A stretch of 52,562 nt of DNA from Candidatus Zambryskiibacteriota bacterium (GCA_016180955.1 JACPAD010000004.1:1-52562), one strand, 5' to 3'. Shown: positions 37,908 to 50,072, counted from the stretch's first letter. Numbers and translations are program-made. The notes: generated by a model not told the origin, from the letters alone.

Positions 37908-39236
37908 ATGCCGAAGAATATCGAAGATATCGTCGTGCCAGAAAGGAGAAAAAGCATCAGGAATATTCCTATTCCTGAAAATCGGCGTAAATCCGTTAAA
38001 CTTGACGGATTTAAGAAGCATTCAGGCGACGAAGGTCCGGAAGACCGCATGTCGCCTCCCTCTCCCCCGCGCTTCAAAATGCCGCGGCGCCGCGGCAACT
38101 TCAGAAGAAGACTGTGGGGTGCTACCGGTATCGCTCTCTTAATCCTTATTTTTACCGCGCTCTCATTCTTTAACGGCGCCACTCTCTCCTATGTGCCGCG
38201 CTTCATTGCTCTTACTTTCGATAACGAAATTTTTTCCGCCAAGAAAACCGCCGACTCGGGGCTTCTCTATAGCGTGGTCAAGCTTTCCGGCGAAAAGAAT
38301 CTTTCCGTGCCGGCTTCGGGCGAAAAAGCTGTTGAGAGGAAAGCGAGCGGTATTATCGTTGTCTACAATGATGCTTCAACCGAGCCCCAGCGTCTTATCG
38401 AGAACACCCGCTTCGAATCTAGCGCGGGCAAAGTTTATCGAATAGCTAACGCTATTACCATCCCCGGCAAAAGGACTGTCAGCGGTATCTCGCAGCCTGG
38501 GTCACTTGAAGTGACAGTCCATGCCGACGAGCCAGGAGAAGAGTTTAATGCCTCTCTCACGGACTTTACCGTGCCGGGGCTTAAGGGCACCTCTCGCTAC
38601 TCCACTATTTATGCGCGTTCCAAAACAGCCATGACAGGCGGTTTTATCGGGGTGGAAAAATCAGTCAATGCAACAGATCTCGAGAGCGCCCAAGAGAAAC
38701 TTCAAGCGCTCTTGAGCGGAGAACTTCTGACTAAAGCCCAGGCGGAAGTGCCATCAGATTTTATCCTCTTCCCGGCCCTTGCCTCGATAGTCTTCGAAGA
38801 CCTTGTTCAGTCCAGTTCAAGTAGTGAAAATTCCGCGACCGTGAACTTGAAGGCGAATCTCTACGGTGTCATGTTCAAGAGAAGTGACCTTGCACGGGAA
38901 CTTTCCAAGAATAAAGCGACAATCTCTCCGGAAGAGCGGGTTGAACTGAAGTCCTTTGACGCTCTTCAGATATCTTTCGCCGGCGCTACTCCAGTTGATC
39001 TTCTCTCTGCAACAGAGGTGAACTTTAAGATTGCCGGTGAAGGACGGCTTGTTTGGCTTACCGACGAAGCGGCACTTAAGTCCGATCTTGTCGGTCGGCC
39101 CAAAGAAGATATCTCGGACGTTCTTAAGAATTACCCGACTATCGCATCAGCCTCAGCCACCATCAGGCCTTTCTGGAAAGGCGTTTTCCCTGAAGATTCC
39201 GGCAAGATTTCAATCAAAAAATTAAAGGTTGAGTAA
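37908..39236 (+). CDS. Membrane-anchored hypothetical protein (baseplate-J-like central region)
   Basis: Single TM; KASGIIVVYN, TRFES..GKVYR, VHADEPGEEFN, MTGG. Confidence 0.6.
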   Translation: MPKNIEDIVVPERRKSIRNIPIPENRRKSVKLDGFKKHSGDEGPEDRMSPPSPPRFKMPRRRGNFRRRLWGATGIALLILIFTALSFFNGATLSYVPRFIALTFDNEIFSAKKTADSGLLYSVVKLSGEKNLSVPASGEKAVERKASGIIVVYNDASTEPQRLIENTRFESSAGKVYRIANAITIPGKRTVSGISQPGSLEVTVHADEPGEEFNASLTDFTVPGLKGTSRYSTIYARSKTAMTGGFIGVEKSVNATDLESAQEKLQALLSGELLTKAQAEVPSDFILFPALASIVFEDLVQSSSSSENSATVNLKANLYGVMFKRSDLARELSKNKATISPEERVELKSFDALQISFAGATPVDLLSATEVNFKIAGEGRLVWLTDEAALKSDLVGRPKEDISDVLKNYPTIASASATIRPFWKGVFPEDSGKISIKKLKVE

Positions 39237-39467
39237 ATGAGCGCGGAACAAAAGAAAGAACTTGAAAGGATAGGAGTAGTGGTAGAGTCCCTTCCCAATA
39301 TCATGTTCCGGGTCAAGCTCGAAGCGCCTAAGGACGACGAAGAAGCAATTCTTGCTTATTTATCAGGCAAGATGCGCTTGCACCGTATCCGCGTTCTCGT
39401 CGGCGATAAAGTACTCCTAGAACTCGAGCCCTATGGCGGCAAAGCCCGTATCACCAAACGACTGTAA
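39237..39467 (+). CDS. infA: Translation initiation factor IF-1
   Basis: [32 protein letters not shown]. Confidence 0.95.
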   Translation: MSAEQKKELERIGVVVESLPNIMFRVKLEAPKDDEEAILAYLSGKMRLHRIRVLVGDKVLLELEPYGGKARITKRL

Positions 39468-39512
39468 AAAGATAGACAAAAAAACGAACTTGGGTTACAA
39501 TGCAAACTTGCT

Positions 39513-39629
39513 ATGAAAGTTAAGGCGGCGGTCAGAAAAATATGTTCGAAGTGCCAGATAGTCCGTAGAAAGGGCTATGTTTATGTTGTCTGCTCGGCCA
39601 ATCCCAGACATAAGCAAAGACAAGGCTAA
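39513..39629 (+). CDS. rpmJ: 50S ribosomal protein L36 (not in ORF track)
   Basis: [38 protein letters not shown]. Confidence 0.97.
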   Translation: MKVKAAVRKICSKCQIVRRKGYVYVVCSANPRHKQRQG

Positions 39630-40012
39630 TGAGAATACTCGGTATCACTATCCCAGAGGACAAGCGTCTTGAAATTGGTTTAATGACATTGTATGGTGTC
39701 GGTCGTTCTCGAGCACGTCGGATTCTAAATGAATCAGACGTGCCGGTAGGGTTGAAAGCTAAAGAAGCGACTGTCGAGCAGGAGAATAAGATTCGTTCCG
39801 TCATCGAGACGTTCACTTTGGAAGGGGACCTCAAGCGCGAGAAGGCGACTAATATAAAACGCCTCAAAGATATCAAGGCCTACCGCGGCATTCGTCACCA
39901 GAAGAACTTGCCGACCAGAGGCCAGCGCACCAAAACCAATTCCAGGACCACTAGGACTTATCGCGGCAGAAAAACCGCGGGTACTGGCAGAAAAGTAGCG
40001 GAGAAAAAGTAG
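39629..40012 (+). CDS. rpsM: 30S ribosomal protein S13
   Basis: LYGVGRS, YRGIRH..LPTRGQRTKTNSRT. Confidence 0.97.
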   Translation: MRILGITIPEDKRLEIGLMTLYGVGRSRARRILNESDVPVGLKAKEATVEQENKIRSVIETFTLEGDLKREKATNIKRLKDIKAYRGIRHQKNLPTRGQRTKTNSRTTRTYRGRKTAGTGRKVAEKK

Positions 40013-40024
40013 TCAGTAAATAGA

Positions 40025-40465
40025 ATGGGAAAAAAGAAAATTGCTACAACTTCAATCGAAGTCGAGACCCCAACACCAGAGGTTGGGATTGAAGAGAAAA
40101 AAACGAGCGCCAAAAGGCGTGTTGACTCCGGAGTACTCTCTGTCGAATCAACCTACAACAACACCAAACTCGCCTTGACAGACCAGAAAGGAGGAACCTT
40201 GGCGTGGTCTTCGAGCGGCTCGCTTGGCTTTAAAGGGGCCAAGAAGGGCACCCCATTTGCCGCTGCCAAGGTTGGCGAAGTTTTAGCCGAAAAAGCGCTT
40301 GCGCTTGGCGTCAAGGAAGTGAGAGTGGTAGTCAAGGGTGTTGGCTCTGGCCGCGAGTCGGCCATTCGCGGCTTTATCTCGAAAGGGATAAATCTTACCG
40401 CCATCCAGGACCAGACGCCGATACCGCATAACGGGCCCAAACCGCCTAAACCAAGGAGAACTTAA
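40025..40465 (+). CDS. rpsK: 30S ribosomal protein S11
   Basis: STYNNT, GFKGAKKGTPFAA, GRESAIR, TPIPHNG. Confidence 0.97.
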   Translation: MGKKKIATTSIEVETPTPEVGIEEKKTSAKRRVDSGVLSVESTYNNTKLALTDQKGGTLAWSSSGSLGFKGAKKGTPFAAAKVGEVLAEKALALGVKEVRVVVKGVGSGRESAIRGFISKGINLTAIQDQTPIPHNGPKPPKPRRT

Positions 40466-40470
40466 TGATG

Positions 40471-40555
40471 AATTTAAAATTTTTAATTTAGAATTTAAAA
40501 TGAAAATTCAAACTTTGAAAATTTAATGGAAATTGAAAATTAGGAATTGAAAATT
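40471..40555. repeat. AT-rich degenerate heptamer array with inverted arms
   Basis: AATTTAA AATTTTT AATTTAG AATTTAA ... GGAAATT GAAAATT AGGAATT GAAAATT between rpsK and rpsD. Confidence 0.7.
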
Positions 40556-40557
40556 AT

Positions 40558-41163
40558 ATGCGAATAGGACCTAAATACAAAATAGCCAGACGCCTAGGAG
40601 TCCCCATCTTTGAGAAGACCCAGACTCCGAAGTACACGCTCTCGCTTGCGCGCAAGGAAAAAAGTGTTATAAGACGTAAAAAACCGTTGAGCGAGTTTGG
40701 TCTCTCTCTTATTGAGAAGCAGAAAGCGCGCTTTACTTACGGCTTAAGCGAGAAGCAGTTCAGGAAGTATGTCGACAAGGCCCTGAAAACACCCGTATCG
40801 GCCCAGACGCTCTTTACACTTCTCGAAAGTCGGCTTGATAATGTGCTCTTCCGTTCCGGACTTGCGAAGAGTCGTTCACAGGCGCGCCAGATCGCAAGCC
40901 ATGGCCACGCGCTTGTGAATGGGCGGCGCGTGACCATCCCTTCCGTATCACTCTCGGAAGGCGATACGGTCGGCTTGCGGGATGGTTCGGCGCAGAGCCC
41001 GCTTTTCGGAGAGGTGACGGAAAGGATGAAAGTATTGACTCCCCCCCTCTGGCTCGAGCTAGACCCAGCCGCAAAGACCGCGAAAGTTACAGGAGCGCCG
41101 GTCTACGCTCCCGCAGAACATGTCTTCGATCTCTCAGTCGTGATTGAATTCTATAATCGATAA
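40558..41163 (+). CDS. rpsD: 30S ribosomal protein S4
   Basis: GPKYKIARRLG, EKQKAR..YG, LESRLDN, ARQIASHGH, IEFYNR. Confidence 0.97.
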   Translation: MRIGPKYKIARRLGVPIFEKTQTPKYTLSLARKEKSVIRRKKPLSEFGLSLIEKQKARFTYGLSEKQFRKYVDKALKTPVSAQTLFTLLESRLDNVLFRSGLAKSRSQARQIASHGHALVNGRRVTIPSVSLSEGDTVGLRDGSAQSPLFGEVTERMKVLTPPLWLELDPAAKTAKVTGAPVYAPAEHVFDLSVVIEFYNR

Positions 41164-41196
41164 ATAAAAATTTTAAATTTTAAATTAATAAAATAT

Positions 41197-42171
41197 ATGG
41201 CAGATTACACAATACACTTACCTTCGAAGCCAAAAGTGATTTCTGAAGAGGGAGCTGAAAACAATTCGTTTTCAGGTATCTTCGAGATCGACGGGCTCTA
41301 TCCAGGCTACGGCCACACCCTAGGCAACTCGCTTAGACGTATCATCCTGTCTTCATTGCCGGGAGTGGCTATTACTTCTGTCAAAATCACCGGAGTAAGC
41401 CACGAGTTCTCTGTCATTGACGACATCAAAGAAGACGTGATCACTATCCTCCTTAACCTCAAGAAGATCCGCATGCGCTTTGCCACCGATGAGCCGCAGA
41501 CTATAACGCTTAAGGCCAAAGGAGAGAGGGTCGTCACTGCCGCCGATCTCGAAGCACCCGGTCAGGTCGAGATTCTTACCCCCGAGCAAGTTATTGCAAC
41601 GTTAACTTCCAAATCTGCCGCTATTGAAATGGAGATTCATGCCGAGAAAGGATTAGGTTTTATGCCCAAGGAGATGATAGACAAGAGCCGAGTCGATATC
41701 GGTACCATAGCGCTTGACGGCATCTTTACCCCCATCCGCAAGGCCTCGTATGAAGTCGAAAATATGCGCGTTGGCGATAGGACCGACTTCAATAAATTAA
41801 AGATTTTCATCGAGACAGACGGCACAGTCACTCCGTCAACCGCTCTCTCGACAGCCATCGAAATAATGATAAGCCAACTTAAGGCGGTGGTTGGCTTCAA
41901 AGAAGACGAGCCGGTGCTTGAAGAAATACCAATTATCTCTTCTGCCGCTCTGCCGAAAACCGATGTGGATCCAGAAGTGCTGAAGACTCGCATCGAATCT
42001 CTCGACCTCTCTGCCCGCACCTTAAATGCGCTCTCTGGCGCTAATATTCGTACCATTGGCGGGCTTGCTCGCAAAAAAGAAAAAGATCTTCTTGAAATCT
42101 CCGGGCTCGGAGCTAAGGGTATTCAAGAAATCAGAAAAGCGCTGGGAGAGTTTGGCATCACTTTAAAATAA
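41197..42171 (+). CDS. rpoA: RNA polymerase alpha subunit
   Basis: GYGHTLGNSLRRIILSS, HEFS, ENMRVGDRTDF, alpha-CTD LSARTLNAL. Confidence 0.97.
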   Translation: MADYTIHLPSKPKVISEEGAENNSFSGIFEIDGLYPGYGHTLGNSLRRIILSSLPGVAITSVKITGVSHEFSVIDDIKEDVITILLNLKKIRMRFATDEPQTITLKAKGERVVTAADLEAPGQVEILTPEQVIATLTSKSAAIEMEIHAEKGLGFMPKEMIDKSRVDIGTIALDGIFTPIRKASYEVENMRVGDRTDFNKLKIFIETDGTVTPSTALSTAIEIMISQLKAVVGFKEDEPVLEEIPIISSAALPKTDVDPEVLKTRIESLDLSARTLNALSGANIRTIGGLARKKEKDLLEISGLGAKGIQEIRKALGEFGITLK

Positions 42172-42518
42172 TGGCGTACCACAGAACCAAAAGAAAATTC
42201 GGCAGGAAAAAAAACCAAAGATTGGCTTTGATGAAGTCTCTGGCTTATTCGCTCACTCTCAAGGAAAAGATTAAAACTACGGAAGCTAAAGCCAAATCTC
42301 TGCGTCCTTACATAGAGAAACTTGTAACCTTACGTAAGAAAGATAATCAAGCCATGCACCGTCTGCTCGAAGCTCGTGTTGGAACGCGGGCGGCCAAAAA
42401 GATTGCCACAGAACTTTCTCCTCGTTATAAAAAAAGAGCCGGCGGCTACACTCGCATCACCAAGATGGCTCGCCGCGCTTCCGATGGCGCCAAACAGGCG
42501 ATTATAGAGTTCGTATGA
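42171..42518 (+). CDS. rplQ: 50S ribosomal protein L17
   Basis: IKTTEAKAK, RAGGYTRI, DGA. Confidence 0.96.
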   Translation: MAYHRTKRKFGRKKNQRLALMKSLAYSLTLKEKIKTTEAKAKSLRPYIEKLVTLRKKDNQAMHRLLEARVGTRAAKKIATELSPRYKKRAGGYTRITKMARRASDGAKQAIIEFV

Positions 42519-42859
42519 AATATACTTTAGACGCTAAAGGAAAAGTGCCTGGAAGAATAGCTACGGAAGTAGCGGTATTACTCATGGGGAAAAATCGCAC
42601 CGACTTTGCTCGTAATACCATCCCTAATGTTGAAGTAGAAATCGTGAATGCCGGTTCCCTAAACTTGGAAGCCAGTAAGCTAAAAGCTAAAAACTATTTT
42701 CATCACTCCGGCTATCCAGGCGCTCTCAAAAGAGAATCTATGAAGCACGTCGTGGAGAAGAAGGGCGCCAAAGAGGTTTTGCGCCGGGCCGTCTACGGTA
42801 TGCTTCCCAAGAATAAACTGCGCCCGCGCATGATGAAGAATCTTAGCATTAAAGATTAA
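42515..42859 (+). CDS. rplM: 50S ribosomal protein L13
   Basis: DAKGKVPGRIA, HSGYPG, AVYGMLPKNKL. Confidence 0.96.
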   Translation: MKYTLDAKGKVPGRIATEVAVLLMGKNRTDFARNTIPNVEVEIVNAGSLNLEASKLKAKNYFHHSGYPGALKRESMKHVVEKKGAKEVLRRAVYGMLPKNKLRPRMMKNLSIKD

Positions 42860-42876
42860 AGATTTAGGATTTAAGA

Positions 42877-43275
42877 ATGACTCAAATTAAAGAAAAATAC
42901 ATAGAGGCAGTGGGACGCAGAAAAACTTCCGTAGCGCGCGTTCGTATTGCTCCCGCGTCGAAGACAATGCTTACCGTAAACGATAAAGAATTCGAAAAAT
43001 ACTTCCCGACCACAGAACTTCGAAAAACGGTACTAGCCGTCTTTAATGATGTGCCAGAGAGTTTTGCTGTAACAGCAAAACTCTCTGGCGGCGGTATTTC
43101 TTCCCAAGCCCAAGCGCTTCGTCACGGTATTGCCCGCGCTCTGACAGAAAATGAGCCCGCGCTCCGCACCAAACTCAAGAGCAAGGGGTATCTTAAGCGC
43201 GATCCCCGTGCCAAAGAGCGCCGCAAATTCGGTTTGAAGAAAGCCAGAAAAGCTCCGAAGTGGAGTAAACGCTAG
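42877..43275 (+). CDS. rpsI: 30S ribosomal protein S9
   Basis: GRRKTSVARV, GGGISSQA, RDPRAKERRKFGLKKARKAPKWSKR. Confidence 0.97.
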   Translation: MTQIKEKYIEAVGRRKTSVARVRIAPASKTMLTVNDKEFEKYFPTTELRKTVLAVFNDVPESFAVTAKLSGGGISSQAQALRHGIARALTENEPALRTKLKSKGYLKRDPRAKERRKFGLKKARKAPKWSKR

Positions 43276-43310
43276 TTGCGCTCTGCAGTCCAAACGCAGA
43301 TTTGGACAAG

Positions 43311-43343
43311 AGAAAAGGCAGGACTTGTTTAAGGTCCCGCCTT
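43311..43343 (-). terminator. Intrinsic terminator (possibly bidirectional)
   Basis: AAGGCAGGAC...GTCCCGCCTT stem with a T-tract on the minus strand. Confidence 0.6.
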
Positions 43344-43365
43344 GTGCTCTATCAGCGTCGCCGAG

Positions 43366-43566
43366 CTACCGAGCGGTCGCACCGAAGGTGAGAAGCGCTT
43401 GCAGCTGTTTCGAGTTCAGCTCGAACTCGAACTCGCGGGTGCGGCCGACACGGTTGTCGCGGGCCTGCACCTTGAGGACGACCGTGTTACGGGATTCCGA
43501 GATGATCTCCAGCCGATCCTGCGGGTCGGCCACGTACCTGTCGGGTCGAACGGTGGCGGCGGGCAT
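43366..43566 (-). CDS. Orphan 66-aa protein
   Basis: AGGAGG SD; TTGACA-17-TATGAT promoter (43637-43609); terminator downstream; GC-rich codon usage. Confidence 0.7.
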   Translation of the reverse strand: MPAATVRPDRYVADPQDRLEIISESRNTVVLKVQARDNRVGRTREFEFELNSKQLQALLTFGATAR

Positions 43567-43697
43567 ATCATTACCTCCTGAGTCGTGTGAATCACGACCT
43601 CTTCCATTATCATATCATAGCCCATTCTATTTGTCAAGCATTTTTCGATCATCAAAATAGCTTGCAAAATAAGGGAAATTTTAATAACCTAAGGTAC

Positions 43698-43920
43698 GTA
43701 GCAGACCAAAGCACTCCAGTGGTCGAAACGTTAAGAGAACGCCCCAGTGGAGCAAACGATAAAACAAAAGTAGACCGGAAGGTCTGCTTTTGTTTGGACT
43801 ACTGCGGCAAGAAAAATATCAAGTGCCATGCTATATCATAGCACTATACGTTATTAGTTCACGGTCGTGAGTTAATAACGTATACATCGATATTCAGCTA
43901 TAGCGTGAAGTTGATGTATG
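43698..43920 (+). other. Structured non-coding region: promoter-led switch-like RNA followed by three hairpins
   Basis: TTGCAA-17-TAACCT (43662-43690); hairpins at 43762-43795, 43823-43844, 43845-43884, 43882-43919. Confidence 0.5.
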
Positions 43921-43935
43921 TAAATTGGATAATGG

Positions 43936-43962
43936 AAAAACCGCCGATCGTAGCTGGCGGTT
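43936..43962 (-). terminator. Intrinsic terminator
   Basis: AACCGCC...GGCGGTT followed by a T-run on the minus strand. Confidence 0.7.
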
Positions 43963-43985
43963 AATCCGCCGCCGCGATGGGCGGT

Positions 43986-44258
43986 TCACTTAAGCTTCTT
44001 CTTGCGTTTAGGTGTCTTCCCCAGCCTTTCGCCGCAGAATGGACAGTGGGTAATCGGGAAGTTGGGCATGTAATCATCCACCCCTCGATCGGTACAACTC
44101 CATCTGGTCATGGTAATCACAGCTCTGCGCCTCGGCTCATCAAGTAGGGTAATCGAAGCCTTGATGAAGTTATCTTTCTTGTTGTTGAGATGCCGCAGCC
44201 GTCCGCATTCATGAAAGGCTATGGTGTTAAACATGTTCCATACTACAGAGCTTTTCAT
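43986..44258 (-). CDS. Orphan 90-aa protein with CPFCG zinc-knuckle
   Basis: GGGAGG SD before ATG 44258; TTGACA-17-TATAAA promoter (44304-44276); HEC...CPFCG; basic tail. Confidence 0.72.
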   Translation of the reverse strand: MKSSVVWNMFNTIAFHECGRLRHLNNKKDNFIKASITLLDEPRRRAVITMTRWSCTDRGVDDYMPNFPITHCPFCGERLGKTPKRKKKLK

Positions 44259-44355
44259 AAGCCCTCCCATTTAACTTTATACACCCAAAAAGCTAATTTG
44301 TCAAGCAGATACTTGATTTTAGTGAATTTATAGGGTATCTTATGTGAGCTACTTG

Positions 44356-44422
44356 TCCCGTTAGAAATTTAGCGGGGCATAAATTAAGGTCGAAATTATA
44401 AGGATTAAAATTTCTAACTGGG

Positions 44423-44423
<1 letters not shown>
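44356..44423. repeat. Miniature inverted-repeat element upstream of grpE
   Basis: TCCCGTTAGAAATTT (44356-44370) ... AAATTTCTAACTGGGA (44408-44423). Confidence 0.65.
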
Positions 44424-46865
<2,442 letters not shown>

Positions 46866-46869
<4 letters not shown>

Positions 46870-47747
46870 AGAATTACTACAAGATTCTAGGAGTAAATAA
46901 AAACGCTTCTGAAGAAGAGATAAAGAAAGCGTTTAGAAAATTAGCCCATGCTTATCACCCTGATAAATCCGGCGGAGATGAAGCAAAATTCAAAGAAGTT
47001 TCGGAAGCTTACACGGTACTATCGGACAAAAAGAAGCGTGCCCAGTATGACAATTTCGGTTCAGCCACCGCCGGTGGCGGGGCAAGTTGGCAAGGTGCGG
47101 GGTTCGATCCGTCTTCGTTCGGTTTCGATTTCTCTGGTTTCGGCACGACCGGCTTTGATACCGGTGACTTAAGCGATATTCTCTCAAGTATTTTTGGCGG
47201 CCGCCGCGTCCGCCGGGGACGCGACATTGCCGTCGATATCGAGCTTTCTTTCCAAGAATCTATTTTCGGTGCGGAACGTAAGGTAGTAATCAATTCTAAG
47301 TTTGTAAAACAAAAAGAAGTTTCCATCTCCGTGCCGCCCGGTATTGATGATGGCCAGATGATTCGACTTTCCGGCATGGGCGAGACGCTCGAAGGGGGAG
47401 TGCCGGGCGATTTGTATGTCAAAGTGCATGTCAGGAAACACCCGTACCTGCGCAAAGAAGGTTATAACCTGATTATGGATCTCTCCGTCAAACTCTCCGA
47501 AGCACTTTTAGGTAGCGAAAAAACTATTGCTACTTTAGACGGAGAAATTACGCTTAAGGTTCCGTCCGGTATCAAGCATGGCACGATCTTAAGAGTCAAG
47601 GGCAAGGGCGTGCCTCACAACGGAGGCCTTGCCTCCGTTAAAGTCGGCAGGGGTGATCTCTATGTCCGTATTTCAGTCCAAATTCCCGAAAAACTTTCCA
47701 AAGAAGCTAAGAAAATAGTTGAGGAATTGAAGAAGCAGGGATTATAA
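46866..47747 (+). CDS. dnaJ: DnaJ-class chaperone lacking the zinc-finger region
   Basis: J-domain with HPD, G/F-rich linker, C-terminal domains; no CxxCxGxG repeats. Confidence 0.9.
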
Positions 47748-47754
47748 TAGTTGA

Positions 47755-49076
47755 ATGTCAAATTTTGTTGGCAAAAGTGTGGAGATCCCTGCCACACCCT
47801 TTGCATTTTTATGGTTTGCATTAAAACAATATAGAAAAGGATTTCTCTGGCTTATATTTCTCGGTATTTTAGCGGAAACCCTTAGTAGTTTGAACGCTTA
47901 TGTTTTCAAGGGGTTTGTTGATTCGGCAAACTCCTATCTTCCCGGCAATAGCCAGTATTTACATGTTGTCTTTTTATGGATATTAGCTTTTCCCATACTG
48001 AATTTAGTAGGATCGGCAATAAGGAGAATTGATGGAGTTATCTCAAACTTTGTTACTATTCATGCTCGTAGTGGTGCTGCCAAAACACTTTTTGAATACT
48101 TATCTTTGCACAGTCTTTCTTATTTCAATGACAGGTTTTCTGGAGCATTAAGCGAGAAAGCTGGAACTGTCTCTTCAAGTGTGGCTCGTTTCATTAATCT
48201 TTTAACAGACAATATTCTAGGTTTTGTCGTCAGCTCTGTAGTCACTGGCATCTTGCTGTTTTCTTCCAATAAAGAATTAGCATGGATATTTATAGATGGC
48301 TTTATAATACTTATTCCTATTAATCTTTGGCTTAGCAGAAAACAAAATGATCTTTCAGACCGGGCCGCAGAGTTAGCTGCGAAACTGCGCGGACAGATTA
48401 TAGATACCATTACCAATATTTCCGCTGTTCAGCAATATGCACGGCGCCTCTTTGAGATTGACAGATTGGAAAAAGCTATTAATGAATATAGGGAAGCGTC
48501 GGTCAAAAGCAGCAATTACCGAGCGAAAGTTCTCTTCATCAACAATGTTCTTATAGGAATATTTATCGGAGTAATTATTCTATGGGCCTTCTCCTTGTGG
48601 TCTAAAGCGCTTATTACGATCGGTTCTCTCGTTATGGTAGTCACACTTACGCGTGGCTTCGTTTACAGTCTTACTTATATTGGTCAGAATCTTAATAATA
48701 TTATTGAAATTTATAGCGAGACAAAAAATGGTTTAAGAGAAATTGTCAGACCTCACGACATTGTAGACAAGCCAAATGCTAGAAGACTTGTAGTAGAAAA
48801 AGGCGAGGTGACATTTGAGAACGTAACTTATGCTTATGAAAAAGATCCTAGAAATATTTTTGAAAATCTAAGTTTTAAGATTAAGGGTGGTCAGAAAGTG
48901 GGCATTGTAGGTGGTAGCGGAGCGGGAAAAACGACTCTTATGAAATTACTTTTGCGCCAGTATGATTTGCTCTCCGGAATCATTAGAATTGACAATCAGG
49001 ATATTCGAGAGGTAACACAAGAAAGTTTGAGAGAGAATGTATCGATTGTGCCTCAAGAGCCGATGCTCTTCCACAG
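47755..49076 (+). pseudogene. ABC exporter (TMD+NBD) truncated after the Q-loop
   Basis: Six-TM domain, Walker A GGSGAGKTT, VPQEPMLFHR; signature motif and Walker B are absent. Confidence 0.8.
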
Positions 49077-49328
49077 GGAAAGAAGTGTTATATCACGCTT
49101 GATGTTGATGTTCTGGATCCAACGTTCGCTCCCGGTGTTGGGACACCAGTACCGTTCGGCATGAATCCTAGGACCTTGCTGAATGTTCTGGAATTTGTCG
49201 CGAGTAAGAACGACGTCGTCGCATTAGATATTGTCGAGCTCTGTCCGCACAATGATAGATCTGGTTCAACGGCGAATCTGGTCTTTCATCTCCTTATGAA
49301 TCTTATGGCTTGGGCTTGGGACAAATGA
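49077..49328 (+). pseudogene. C-terminal fragment of an arginase/agmatinase (ureohydrolase) gene
   Basis: In a different frame from the transporter: KKCYITLDVDVLDPTFAPGVGTPVPFG...LDIVELCPHND..TANL...WDK*; no start codon or N-terminal half. Confidence 0.82.
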
Positions 49329-49380
49329 GTGTCCCTTGCTCGCGCGGCCATTCTAAATAGCCTTATGTAGACGCGTAAGG

Positions 49381-49854
49381 CTATTTCTTTTGAAACACTA
49401 CTGCCATCCAGCGCAATTTGAAGTCTGAGCTTTTCTTCGGATACCATAAGTCATCATAGTCAAACCATAATCTCATAAATATGGTTTTCTCAAGTTTTAT
49501 TACCCTTCCTGATTCCGGGTCATTGAGCCAAATGTGTTTCTTATCCATCTTCTCTACAACACTAAAATGGCCGACATATCCTCGAAGCATCCATGAAACT
49601 ATAATGACCTTATCATTGCTATTTTGTGCGACGAGATCTTGCCAGCCTGAGTTATAAGAAGCCTTCACGTTGAGGCCAATTTTCTTGAGAGTCGCGACAA
49701 TATCTTTGTTATTCATACCCTCCTTTTTCCAATTACCACAGAGTATTTCGATATTTTTTTGTGACATCTTGATACCAAAGTAATTCACAATCATCTTAAT
49801 CGAAGTTGGACCGCAGCCGGAACAATGCTTCTGTTTTAGGATTCTTACCTTCAT
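49381..49854 (-). CDS. Stand-alone C39-like cysteine peptidase
   Basis: QKHCSGCGPT (Q/C), GHFSVV (H), LNDP (D). Confidence 0.82.
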   Translation of the reverse strand: MKVRILKQKHCSGCGPTSIKMIVNYFGIKMSQKNIEILCGNWKKEGMNNKDIVATLKKIGLNVKASYNSGWQDLVAQNSNDKVIIVSWMLRGYVGHFSVVEKMDKKHIWLNDPESGRVIKLEKTIFMRLWFDYDDLWYPKKSSDFKLRWMAVVFQKK

Positions 49855-50011
49855 GCTACCTATAATGCAATAAATAAAGCAGCTTAACAATAGTCACCTT
49901 TCTTTATAGGAAAAGCCCCATTCCTTTTGCTCCCACCAAGCCGGAGGGTTTATCAAATAAAACAATTTTGTATACATCTATCGTATATGGTATAATTAAG
50001 GCCGGATAAGT

Positions 50012-50041
50012 TTTCTGTTCTTTCTGTTCTTTCTGTTCTTT
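50012..50041 (+). repeat. (TTTCTGTTC)3 tandem repeat in a 5' leader
   Basis: Read directly between TATAAT (49991-49996) and the AGGAGG SD. Confidence 0.85.
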
Positions 50042-50072
50042 GTCGTGTAACTCTCTATAGGAGGAGAAGGCA

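Noticed and set aside
37908-39236. Prophage or contractile-tail locus suggested by the baseplate-J-like protein
   Set aside because: Isolated, membrane-anchored, coupled to infA, and no other phage genes are present.
43762-43795. SRP RNA helix 8 (GGAA tetraloop)
   Set aside because: The stem is fully paired and lacks the CAGG/AGCA symmetric internal loop.
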